The notes under the pieces were generated by a model, which saw nothing but the letters and a program-made list of their open reading frames with translations, ran no database searches and was not told the origin of the DNA. Position numbers and translations under genes: made by a program. This document shows, one piece after another, positions 56,448-64,000 of a DNA stretch of 64,000 nt. Position 1 is the first letter of the stretch, and each line of letters opens with the position of its first letter. Source of the stretch: an uncultured Cognatishimia sp. (lineage in GTDB: Bacteria; Pseudomonadota; Alphaproteobacteria; Rhodobacterales; Rhodobacteraceae); contig CAXIAD010000001.1 in assembly GCA_964021645.1 (NCBI GenBank), positions 866-64,865 on the forward strand, read 5' to 3'.

Positions 56448-57764
56448 TTAGTCCTCAAAGGGCGCGGGTTTCTCCCCCCGACCCAAAACCCAATGATACA
56501 CTTCTTCGATTTGGGCGGCCTTGCGCTCCCATGTCAGTAGCTGAGCAATCCGGTTTTTCGCCTGAACACCCGCCGCAGTCACAAGATCCGGCTCGGCAGC
56601 CAACCGTGTCAGCTCCGCCTCAAACCCTTGAATGATTTGCACACGGGTGCCCAACGGCACCTTAAACCCCCAGCCGTCTTTCACCAACTCGCCCGGCCCT
56701 GCATAATCGACAATCAACGCCGGTACACCCAGCGCCATGGCCTCCAACACAACCCCCCCGCCAAACTCTCGTACCGAAGGAAAGCTCATCAGATTACAGC
56801 GTTTCAAAACCCCCTGAACCTGATCATGCGCCAACCAGCCGTGGAACGTCACAGCATGCGAAACACCCGCATCCTCAGCCTGCTGTTTCAGCGCCTCCAG
56901 CATGGGACCATCGCCAACAATATCCAGCGTCATGCGCCCGTCTCGCAGCAAATTCTCGGCTGCGGTCAACAACATATCCGGTCCCTTATAGGGCACCATG
57001 CGTCCGACAAAACACGCCCTCAGCGGTTGTCCCGTGGGGGCGGCATTGCCCGAGAACCGCACAGGATCAATTGCGTTTTCAGGAATATATACGCATTTTT
57101 TCTGATATTTTTCAGGCACTTCACTTTGGGTAAACCGTGATCCTGTTATGATCGCCGCCGCATGCTTCAGGCTCGCTTTGCGCCCCGGCAATGCCTTATA
57201 GGCGCCGCGCACATACGACAGCCATTCACGCTCGCGGCGTCGTTCGCCGTCAAACCCTTTGGGCCACGGCACCCCACCATTTAGCGGCCCCATGACAAAA
57301 GGCACCCCCACCTGCGCACAGCGTTTCGCCAGCAAGCTCGGGATCGTCGGACTAAGCGGGGTGACGCGGTGCACCACATCAAATTCACCCGCCTTGATCC
57401 GTGCCCCAAACTGCCGCCATATCAACCGCTCAAAATACGGATACGATAGGGCATTGATTAACTGAAGCGCAGTCCAGCCCTTCCCATTGCCCATGCGCAA
57501 AACCGATCCCAATGCCCATAATGGCCGCGCGATAGCCTCAGAATCAATCGCCGTAAAATCCTCGCCTTCGCGCCAACCTGCCCGCAAAATCGCCTCGCGG
57601 TTACGGATTTGCGTCACAACATGCACATCCATCCGCCGCCCCAAGGCCTGCGCCAATGACCAGCCGATCAATGGCACGCTGACCCATTCCGGGTTTGCGG
57701 CCTCGGCGATCACCAATACCTTTAGCGCCCGTTGTGATTTGCTGTCAGCCCCCGACGCCATCAA
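56448..57764 (-). CDS. Glycosyltransferase family 4 protein
   Basis: 438 aa. C-terminal 'FPSVREFGGGVVLEAMALGVPALIVDYAGPGELV' (GT4 E-x7-E region). Its start overlaps the stop of the Wzy-like gene. Confidence 0.8.
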   Translation of the reverse strand: MMASGADSKSQRALKVLVIAEAANPEWVSVPLIGWSLAQALGRRMDVHVVTQIRNREAILRAGWREGEDFTAIDSEAIARPLWALGSVLRMGNGKGWTALQLINALSYPYFERLIWRQFGARIKAGEFDVVHRVTPLSPTIPSLLAKRCAQVGVPFVMGPLNGGVPWPKGFDGERRREREWLSYVRGAYKALPGRKASLKHAAAIITGSRFTQSEVPEKYQKKCVYIPENAIDPVRFSGNAAPTGQPLRACFVGRMVPYKGPDMLLTAAENLLRDGRMTLDIVGDGPMLEALKQQAEDAGVSHAVTFHGWLAHDQVQGVLKRCNLMSFPSVREFGGGVVLEAMALGVPALIVDYAGPGELVKDGWGFKVPLGTRVQIIQGFEAELTRLAAEPDLVTAAGVQAKNRIAQLLTWERKAAQIEEVYHWVLGRGEKPAPFED

Positions 57765-59278
57765 AATACGGTCCTTGGTGTATCGTCCGATTTGGTGCCC
57801 TGCTTCGGCTTTTCCATCACAGGTACAATCATCGCTTCTTTGGTCTGTTCACGCCGACGCAGCGCCAGCATTTCCGCATGCCCCAACAGGGCCCCTGCGA
57901 TGATCCACGTCAGCGGTGTCAGCGTCGCATTGGGTAATAAATCGACCATATTCGCCGCCAAGATCAGCGCCAGCACCCCGGCATAGACCGACGGTTGCAC
58001 AATTGTGCTGCTTTGCGTGTTCATCTTGGGCGCGGGTATTTGCAGCGGCATGACCCTATCGTGTCGCGCAATTAGACTGTGATCCAGCGCAAACACCTCA
58101 TACATCACCAAAAGTATCGGCACCATAAGCAAGCCAAACTGCGCCATAAACCCGACCCAGCCGAACATGCCAATCGTGATCGTCCACAGCCCATCGGTGA
58201 TGGTCAAAATCTGCCCATCATAGGGATCGCGCACCTGATTGCGCCCCCACGTGCCCCAACCAAACACCGGCTTTTCGTTCGCCCGCGTCAACAGACGCTC
58301 TTCGTTTTCCAACCGAAACTGCAACGAATTCGCTCTTTCGGGATTTATCTCTGCAACCTTTGAAATGATCGCTTGGTTGGGGACAATTTCGGCCCCCTTC
58401 ATCAGCGGATAAAATACCGCCAACAGCGCCAAAACAAGCGCCACCCGGATCTGGGCGCGCAGCGATAACCACAAAATCGCGGGCACCAAAAGCGTTGCAT
58501 AAATCAACGGCGACCATGTTTTACACAACACGGTCACGACAAATAAATAGCACGCCGCAGGCAGAAAACGCCCCGCGGCCCCCTGTCGGTTATTTCGCCA
58601 TATCGACAAGGCCGACACAGCAGAAATCATGCCGAAAAAGGCAACCCAGATACCATGCGACATGAACACAACGGGGCGAAATCCCCCGGCGCGGATCGTC
58701 TGTTCAAACGCGCTGGGATAATAGCCGTAAATCCATAGGTTTAGTTGCGGGCTCAGGCGCACCTCGACCAGCATGGGCAGTGAATATATCAACCCGCCGA
58801 TTGTCAGCGCAATCAGCAGATCGCGGTGCGCGGCCTCTGTTTGCAAAAACTGGCGCGCCAATAAAAATCCAACCACCAAAAAGCTTTGGATGACGACCAA
58901 GGCCACAGCATCCAATAGGTATAGCCCCCGAATAGAGGTTTCGGCAAAAATCAACGGCTCCCCATTCGTTAGAACCGTGGCAACCGGGCTTAGGATAAAC
59001 GTCAGTAACAGCACCTTTGCCACGCCGCTTTTGGGCAATAGCTCCAGCCGGGTTTTCATGAAAAACACCATGACGGCAGCGATTGACAGAACTGGAATGC
59101 TCTCTTTGCTTAGGGGGGGTAACAGCGGAAAATCAAACCCCGCCGGATAGGGCGGCAGAAACATATATGCGAGCAATGTTGCCCAAATCAGGGCACGCTC
59201 CACCGGTAGCCGCCGAAATATATACAGCGTCACCCCTGGCCAAATCACCAGCATCAATAAGGCGAGAGCATTAGGCAT
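57761..59278 (-). CDS. O-antigen ligase/polymerase-like (Wzy-type) polytopic membrane protein
   Basis: 505 aa and more than 10 TM helices with a larger loop in the C-terminal half. Context within the glycan cluster supports the call. No strong motif, so the assignment rests on topology and context. Confidence 0.65.
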   Translation of the reverse strand: MPNALALLMLVIWPGVTLYIFRRLPVERALIWATLLAYMFLPPYPAGFDFPLLPPLSKESIPVLSIAAVMVFFMKTRLELLPKSGVAKVLLLTFILSPVATVLTNGEPLIFAETSIRGLYLLDAVALVVIQSFLVVGFLLARQFLQTEAAHRDLLIALTIGGLIYSLPMLVEVRLSPQLNLWIYGYYPSAFEQTIRAGGFRPVVFMSHGIWVAFFGMISAVSALSIWRNNRQGAAGRFLPAACYLFVVTVLCKTWSPLIYATLLVPAILWLSLRAQIRVALVLALLAVFYPLMKGAEIVPNQAIISKVAEINPERANSLQFRLENEERLLTRANEKPVFGWGTWGRNQVRDPYDGQILTITDGLWTITIGMFGWVGFMAQFGLLMVPILLVMYEVFALDHSLIARHDRVMPLQIPAPKMNTQSSTIVQPSVYAGVLALILAANMVDLLPNATLTPLTWIIAGALLGHAEMLALRRREQTKEAMIVPVMEKPKQGTKSDDTPRTVF

Positions 59279-59480
59279 CTCTCTTCAGCGTCCTTTTTTC
59301 TGCCCATTTCCCGCGATTTACGCGTAAAATGAACAACTTATCCGATCCAGCACCAACAGCAGTTTCTGTTCGTGCAAGACATTGATATCTGCGTCACCAT
59401 CTATTTGACACCAAGGCTTTGCCCTTTTTTAGTCAGAAATAGGGTTTATTGCGTACACACCACTGCAAAGGACGGGCCGA

Positions 59481-60659
59481 ATGACCAAAACCACGCGTCT
59501 GAAAATTGCCTATCTTTGCGATATGGACCCGCGATTGGCGTGGACTTATTCGGGTGGCAACAAACGGATTCACGACACATTGCAAGAGCATGTTGGCGAC
59601 GTTGATATCCTAAGCAACGATTGGGCCGAGCTGGAACCGCTGCGCCGCCTCATTCATAAATTACCCGAGGCGATCAATCTGCGGGCGCGCTGGCGGCTGC
59701 ATCTTTTGTTATCGCGCGTCATTGCCCGCAGTGTGCATAAACAGCTAAAGGCGCGCAAATACGATGTGCTTTTTTGCCCCTATAGCTTCCAATCTTTGGC
59801 GCAGATCAAACCGCCCTATCCGCTGGTGACCGTATTCACATCTGACGCCACGCAAACCAGCTATCGCACCGCCGAAACGGGTGCTGCCTTCGGATCATAT
59901 TTCAAACTGTCCCGCCTGATGGATCCTTGGATTTTGAAACAAGAGAAAACAATCCTCTCCTCGGTTGATATGAATTTCTGGCCCTCAGACTGGCAAAAAT
60001 CAAACGCCGATGCCTGCTATGATCTGCCGGTTGAAAAATCCATCGTGACCCCGTGGGGCGCAAATATCCCGCGTCCAGATGCCACCACCCTTTACCCCGA
60101 TCTGCCGTTTGATGATGGCGTGCGCTTGCTCTTGGTTGGGCGCGATTGGTGGGCAAAGGGCGGCCCCCTTACCTTGGATGTATTGCGCAATCTGCGTGGC
60201 CAAGGCATCAATGCCCGCCTTGGTGTTGTGGGCTGCACCCCGCCCGCCAGCGATATGGATGATTACATTGATATCCATCCAAATCTCGACAAAACGGTGC
60301 CCCGCGATCTAACAACCTTGCAGGATTTGTTTCGCCGCTCGCATTTCCTCGTTCAGCCGTCGATTGAATCCTATGGGTTTGCCTTTTGTGAGGCCTCGGC
60401 CTTTGGCCTGCCGTCGCTGTGCCTGCGTCTTGGGGGCGTGCCTGTTTGGGATGAGGTGAACGGCATCGCCCTTCCCTCAGGCGCAGCCGCAGCAGATTTC
60501 AGCGATGTCATCACCACCTATATGCAGACGCCAGCGCGCTACCAAAAACTGCGGGCGTCATCGCGTCAATGCTATGAGGATCGGTTGAATTGGCCCGCAT
60601 GGGCGGCTGAAATTCAAGGCCATCTGTTGCGGTTAAAGGCAGGCAAAACCCACGATTAA
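59481..60659 (+). CDS. Glycosyltransferase family 4-like protein
   Basis: 392 aa. C-terminal 'QPSIESYGFAFCEASAFGLPSLCLRLGGVP' GT-B donor-binding motif. Divergent from the Wzy-like gene. Confidence 0.75.
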   Translation: MTKTTRLKIAYLCDMDPRLAWTYSGGNKRIHDTLQEHVGDVDILSNDWAELEPLRRLIHKLPEAINLRARWRLHLLLSRVIARSVHKQLKARKYDVLFCPYSFQSLAQIKPPYPLVTVFTSDATQTSYRTAETGAAFGSYFKLSRLMDPWILKQEKTILSSVDMNFWPSDWQKSNADACYDLPVEKSIVTPWGANIPRPDATTLYPDLPFDDGVRLLLVGRDWWAKGGPLTLDVLRNLRGQGINARLGVVGCTPPASDMDDYIDIHPNLDKTVPRDLTTLQDLFRRSHFLVQPSIESYGFAFCEASAFGLPSLCLRLGGVPVWDEVNGIALPSGAAAADFSDVITTYMQTPARYQKLRASSRQCYEDRLNWPAWAAEIQGHLLRLKAGKTHD

Positions 60660-60678
60660 CCCTTTCGCGGCAAAGGCC

Positions 60679-61344
60679 TTACTGACCTGTGCCGATCAAA
60701 ACAACGCCAACGGTGCGCAAAATTGTCAAGAAATCCGCACGCAAGGAAATTTCACGGTAATAAATCGTGTCGTGCAACGCACGCTCTGAGAAATTGCTCT
60801 CATTGCGGTCAGACACCTGCCAGTATCCGGTGATCCCTGGGCGCATCGCATAATAGGCGACACCAGGGTAAATATCGCGCTGATTGACCATCATCGGGCG
60901 CGGCCCAACAATCGACATTTCACCAGTCAGCACGTTCCACAGCTGCGGCAACTCATCAATAGAGCACTTGCGGATCAACTTACCAAAGCGGGTAATGCGC
61001 GGGTCATTGCGCAGTTTTTGCTTGTCGTCCCACTCGATGCGGGCCTCAGGATTGCTGTCCAGATAGGTCTCCAGCAGGTCATCCGCATTGGGCACCATGC
61101 TGCGCAGTTTGAGCATGCTGAACGCACGTCCATTCAACCCGATGCGGCGTTGCGTATAAAATGGCGAGTGGCCATCACGGGCAATGAACAGCGCCGCGCA
61201 TCCGATGATGATCAACGCGACCGGTGCCAACGCAACAGTAAGAATAATATCAATCGCGCGCTTAGCAAAGCCGCGATAGATGCCGTAGCGTGGTGCATCC
61301 AATACAAACGCGTCGGGAAAATCCCGATGTGAAAAATACGCCAT
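60679..61344 (-). CDS. Polyisoprenyl-phosphate hexose-1-phosphate transferase (bacterial sugar transferase, ExoY/WbaP C-terminal type)
   Basis: 221 aa. One N-terminal TM helix, then 'FYTQRRIGLNGRAFSMLKLRSM...DELPQLWNVLTGEMSIVGPRP...PGITGYWQV', the hallmark Bac_transf motifs. Confidence 0.88.
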   Translation of the reverse strand: MAYFSHRDFPDAFVLDAPRYGIYRGFAKRAIDIILTVALAPVALIIIGCAALFIARDGHSPFYTQRRIGLNGRAFSMLKLRSMVPNADDLLETYLDSNPEARIEWDDKQKLRNDPRITRFGKLIRKCSIDELPQLWNVLTGEMSIVGPRPMMVNQRDIYPGVAYYAMRPGITGYWQVSDRNESNFSERALHDTIYYREISLRADFLTILRTVGVVLIGTGQ

Positions 61345-61881
61345 ATTCCGTTCCCCTCAGGTGACCAGAAAGATCAAAAGGCGCACACCATCCAACACAC
61401 ATGAAAACATGTGTTCCAAACCAAAATCCGTACTTCCGACAGGTTGGATAAGGATGCGGTGATTTCCCAATTGGCAGCAGGGATTTCACTCAAGCAACAG
61501 CGCCTTATTCTCTCCTCAACTCTTACACAACTTCACTCATTATGTTTAAAATATGACGAAAAACTGGCGCTAAGTCTACTGCTCAAAATTCGATTAAAAT
61601 CTTAATCCATTGATATTAAACGTTTTTATTTGAAATCATTGTTAACAGGTCACAGATTGAGGCACACAAATACACCCATAGGTTTATGATCACTGCTAAT
61701 TTGGAAATATTAACATTCGCAACGGGTTATTGTTTCCACGCCCAAACACATTGTGGCAGTCAAAAACGGCGAATCTGGTGAAATTTGTCAACGAATTCGG
61801 GGAATTCGGCCTGCGATTCGCGAATATCCACAGATCGATTCAAATGCGATGCGGTAAACACATGCATAAATAGTTGATAAT
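61345..61881. promoter_or_regulatory. 537-bp AT-rich noncoding gap inside the glycan cluster (promoter/regulatory region of the priming transferase)
   Basis: No credible ORF, and the region is visibly AT-rich compared with its flanks. It contains GAATTCGG-G-GAATTCGG direct repeats and three GANTC sites near 61780-61845, plus several TTAA-containing stretches. Confidence 0.4.
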
Positions 61882-63147
61882 TCAGGTGATAATCAGGCCA
61901 ACGATCAAAACCGCAACCAACACGATTAACCCCATGCCGACGGATTTGATAACGCGCTGGCGCATTTTCCCCGAGCCCATTTCCACAACTGGGATGGCAA
62001 CAATTGCGCGAATGCCGACCTGACGTTCCAATTGTGACGCGGTGCGAATAACCGGATTGCGCAATTCCAAAAGCAACACCGAAACAATGGCGACAATCAT
62101 GCTTAGCAACGTGCCGGAGGTGACGATCCGTTTGCGGTTTGGCGAAATCGGCAAGGCCGGAACCAAGGCGCGTTCCAGCACGGTAAAGCTTTCAGATTGC
62201 CGGCTACTTTCCAGCATTTGGCCCATCTCTGCCTCGGCCTGACTACGCGTGATCGCCTGATACTGATCTGACAATTTCTGCAATCGACGTTCAAGTGTGT
62301 TGAATGTCTGCTCCACCTGTGGGGCGATATCCAGAATGGCTTCGATTTCTTCGGCGCGCTGCCTAAACAAGGCCCGCTGTTCCTCCAGCCGCAAAACCCG
62401 ATTACCCCGGATGGAGTTGCTGCCAGATGATCCGCCGGTGTTCAGCTCAATGATCTGGCGGTCAATTTCCAATTCGGCTTCGCGTAAACTGGCCAATTGT
62501 TCGCGCTTATCATCCATTCCAGCGGGCAGTGCATCGGCATTTTCCGTTTTAAACACGGCAATTTCGGATTCCAGCGCATCAATATCCTCACCAACACGCG
62601 CCTCTTCGCTTTCAAAAAACTCCAGCGTTTCACGTACACGATCAGACCGTCGTTGTTGGTTTTGTTCCAGCACATTGGTCACAAGTTCATTTGCAACCAA
62701 AGCCCCCAATTCGGGGTTGGCCATACGCACCGTAATTGTCAGCGCCGTGGGCGACACATCCGGTCGCCATTGCAAACTAGGATCAATGGCGCGCGTCACA
62801 CTTGCCGATTCACGCAGGGCATCCACCTTCATGCTGTCGGACAAATCCAACGCCGAAAACAGGTTATATTTGTCGATGATGTGCTGCAAATTATTGCGCG
62901 ACATCACCCGTTGTTCAATGATCTGCAATTGCTGCAACATGGCTGCATTTACCGACGTGGTTGACCCCAATGGATCACGAATTCTGGGTTGCTCAATCTG
63001 GATAACGGCACTGGTTTCATACAGGCGCGGCAGGCTCGTCGCATAGATGACAGATCCGGCGATGCCGCAGGCGATGATCACAACAATCAGAAAAACATGC
63101 CGACGCAGCATTCCGACAAAGTCATCAAATGACTGAAGTTGCTCCAT
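61882..63147 (-). CDS. Polysaccharide co-polymerase (Wzz/GumC/ExoP N-terminal-type chain-length determinant) without kinase domain
   Basis: 421 aa. TM1 (VFLIVVIIACGIAGSVIYA), a long coiled-coil periplasmic region, the Pro-rich motif 'LVPALPISPNRKRI' before TM2, and a C-terminal TM helix. There is no P-loop. Confidence 0.8.
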   Translation of the reverse strand: MEQLQSFDDFVGMLRRHVFLIVVIIACGIAGSVIYATSLPRLYETSAVIQIEQPRIRDPLGSTTSVNAAMLQQLQIIEQRVMSRNNLQHIIDKYNLFSALDLSDSMKVDALRESASVTRAIDPSLQWRPDVSPTALTITVRMANPELGALVANELVTNVLEQNQQRRSDRVRETLEFFESEEARVGEDIDALESEIAVFKTENADALPAGMDDKREQLASLREAELEIDRQIIELNTGGSSGSNSIRGNRVLRLEEQRALFRQRAEEIEAILDIAPQVEQTFNTLERRLQKLSDQYQAITRSQAEAEMGQMLESSRQSESFTVLERALVPALPISPNRKRIVTSGTLLSMIVAIVSVLLLELRNPVIRTASQLERQVGIRAIVAIPVVEMGSGKMRQRVIKSVGMGLIVLVAVLIVGLIIT

Positions 63148-63269
63148 GATTGCTCCTTATGCGGTGCGCGATGTTAATTCACCAACACCAACCGTTCGTT
63201 ATTGCTCAAGCTGACGGTAGTCTTGCTCACATAATGTGGTCACGACGTGACCCAATTAAGGAATCTTCG

Positions 63270-63947
63270 TTAATATCCGCTATTTTCGCCCAGAATCACA
63301 AGGCTAAGAAACTGCCCGCCCATTCTTAGGCTATGCCCGCGCAGTAAATCACCCTGCTTGAACGGGGGCGTTTCGGTCTGAAATTCGGCCACAAACGAGG
63401 TTTCATTGGGAAATTTCACTTCAAATCTCTCAAATCCAAACATGCGCTGCGTCAGCGGATATTGGCATTTGAACGCGGCCTCTTTGGCGCTAAATATCCG
63501 TTTTGCCGTCAGGCCAGATTCGCGATCTTGTGCTGTTTTCGCTTGTTCCGAGGCTAGGCAAACCAGATGTTCCAACCCCGCATCCAACGGCGTGGCCACC
63601 TCGATATCCACACCAATCGACACGATATTCGGCTGTTTTGCCACAACGGCAACGCACCATTGGTCATTATGTGAAATGCTGCCCGTGACGCCCGCTGGCC
63701 AACTCGCTTGACGATCGGCCCGCACAGGCAAGGCTCCGGCAACGATACCCAACTGGCGCAATGCCCGCCGCGCAGCCATGCGGCCCAGCGCAAATTCCTG
63801 CCTCCGTTTTGCGACGGCCTTTTGCATTGCGGCCTCTTCTTGTGCAAACAACGGCTCGGCAACCGTCTCTATTGGCAAAACACAGACCGCCACCCCCGCT
63901 GGCAATATTGCCTCCAGCGCGCTTTGCAATTTTGCCCCAACATTCAT
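63270..63947 (-). CDS. 4'-phosphopantetheinyl transferase (Sfp/EntD type)
   Basis: 225 aa. 'SISHNDQW', 'IGVDIE' and 'FSAKEAAFKC' motifs. Its ATG overlaps the stop of an upstream gene that runs off the window (ATGA). Confidence 0.8.
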   Translation of the reverse strand: MNVGAKLQSALEAILPAGVAVCVLPIETVAEPLFAQEEAAMQKAVAKRRQEFALGRMAARRALRQLGIVAGALPVRADRQASWPAGVTGSISHNDQWCVAVVAKQPNIVSIGVDIEVATPLDAGLEHLVCLASEQAKTAQDRESGLTAKRIFSAKEAAFKCQYPLTQRMFGFERFEVKFPNETSFVAEFQTETPPFKQGDLLRGHSLRMGGQFLSLVILGENSGY

Positions 63948-64000
63948 TGCGCAGCGGTGCGTCGCTTGGCCCGCATCGCGCGCCGTTTTGACATCGCATC
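63944..64000 (-). CDS. 3' end of an unidentified gene (continues beyond window)
   Basis: The minus-strand frame reads ..DAMSKRRAMRAKRRTAAQ*, and its TGA overlaps the PPTase ATG. It is too short to identify. Confidence 0.3.
   Translation of the reverse strand, partial: DAMSKRRAMRAKRRTAAQ

Noticed and set aside
61411-61605. 64-aa ORF (and the overlapping minus-strand 75-aa ORF, 61262-61489) inside the AT-rich gap of the glycan cluster.
   Set aside because: The composition is Leu/Ser/Lys-rich, typical of AT-rich noncoding DNA. There is no RBS-like sequence at the start and no motif. I treat it as noncoding regulatory DNA unless expression data say otherwise.
44300-63200. Considered calling the glycan cluster a mobile genomic island.
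   Set aside because: I saw no integrase, transposase, tRNA gene, or flanking direct repeats in the window. Only the accessory-type gene content and one AT-rich gap hint at horizontal origin, which is not enough to call a mobile element.

Overview
This 64-kb window looks like chromosome from a marine alphaproteobacterium of the Rhodobacterales/roseobacter type. That placement is inferred from ccrM, the leuS-lptE-holA and waaA-lpxK orders, a ccoNOQP-ccoIS locus, a DddP-like gene and typical alphaproteobacterial DUF families. All calls come from reading the ORF translations and DNA by eye; no searches were run, and family names are motif-level recognitions.

Layout:
- 1-38 kb is mostly conserved core. 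It holds leuS', lptE, holA, pmbA, a cysQ-like gene, waaA, lpxK, a DciA-like gene, mutY, alkB, ccrM and rnhB, then the zinc regulon (zur-znuCB divergent from znuA), fadH, and a cbb3 oxidase locus flanked by a truncated globin and an Rrf2/NsrR-like regulator. A few uncharacterised genes sit in between: a secreted small protein paired with a membrane-anchored winged-helix regulator, and a reductive-dehalogenase-like protein.
- 38-44 kb is a small catabolic islet: two Fe/2OG-type dioxygenases, two M24 'pita-bread' enzymes (one DddP-like, one with degenerate metal ligands) and two LysR regulators.
- 44-63 kb is an accessory surface-glycan cluster. It contains five cytoplasmic glycosyltransferases (GT4 x3, GT2, GT26), an ExoY-type priming transferase, a Wzy-like polymerase, a PCP/Wzz protein and a stand-alone BY-kinase-like ATPase.

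The most unusual content is in the glycan cluster. A GT-C transferase, a HAD-UbiA fusion and a 4-TM SMR-like protein, together with Gfo/Idh/MocA + SDR redox pairs (one fused, one unfused), may make a polyprenyl-phosphate-pentose-type lipid-linked sugar donor.

I recognised no rRNA, tRNA, CRISPR, transposase or integrase. Noncoding observations include an 11-bp tandem repeat in the zur leader, candidate Zur boxes, a pair of perfect 14-bp palindromes, a GANTC cluster in the ccrM leader, and a 537-bp AT-rich gap inside the glycan cluster.
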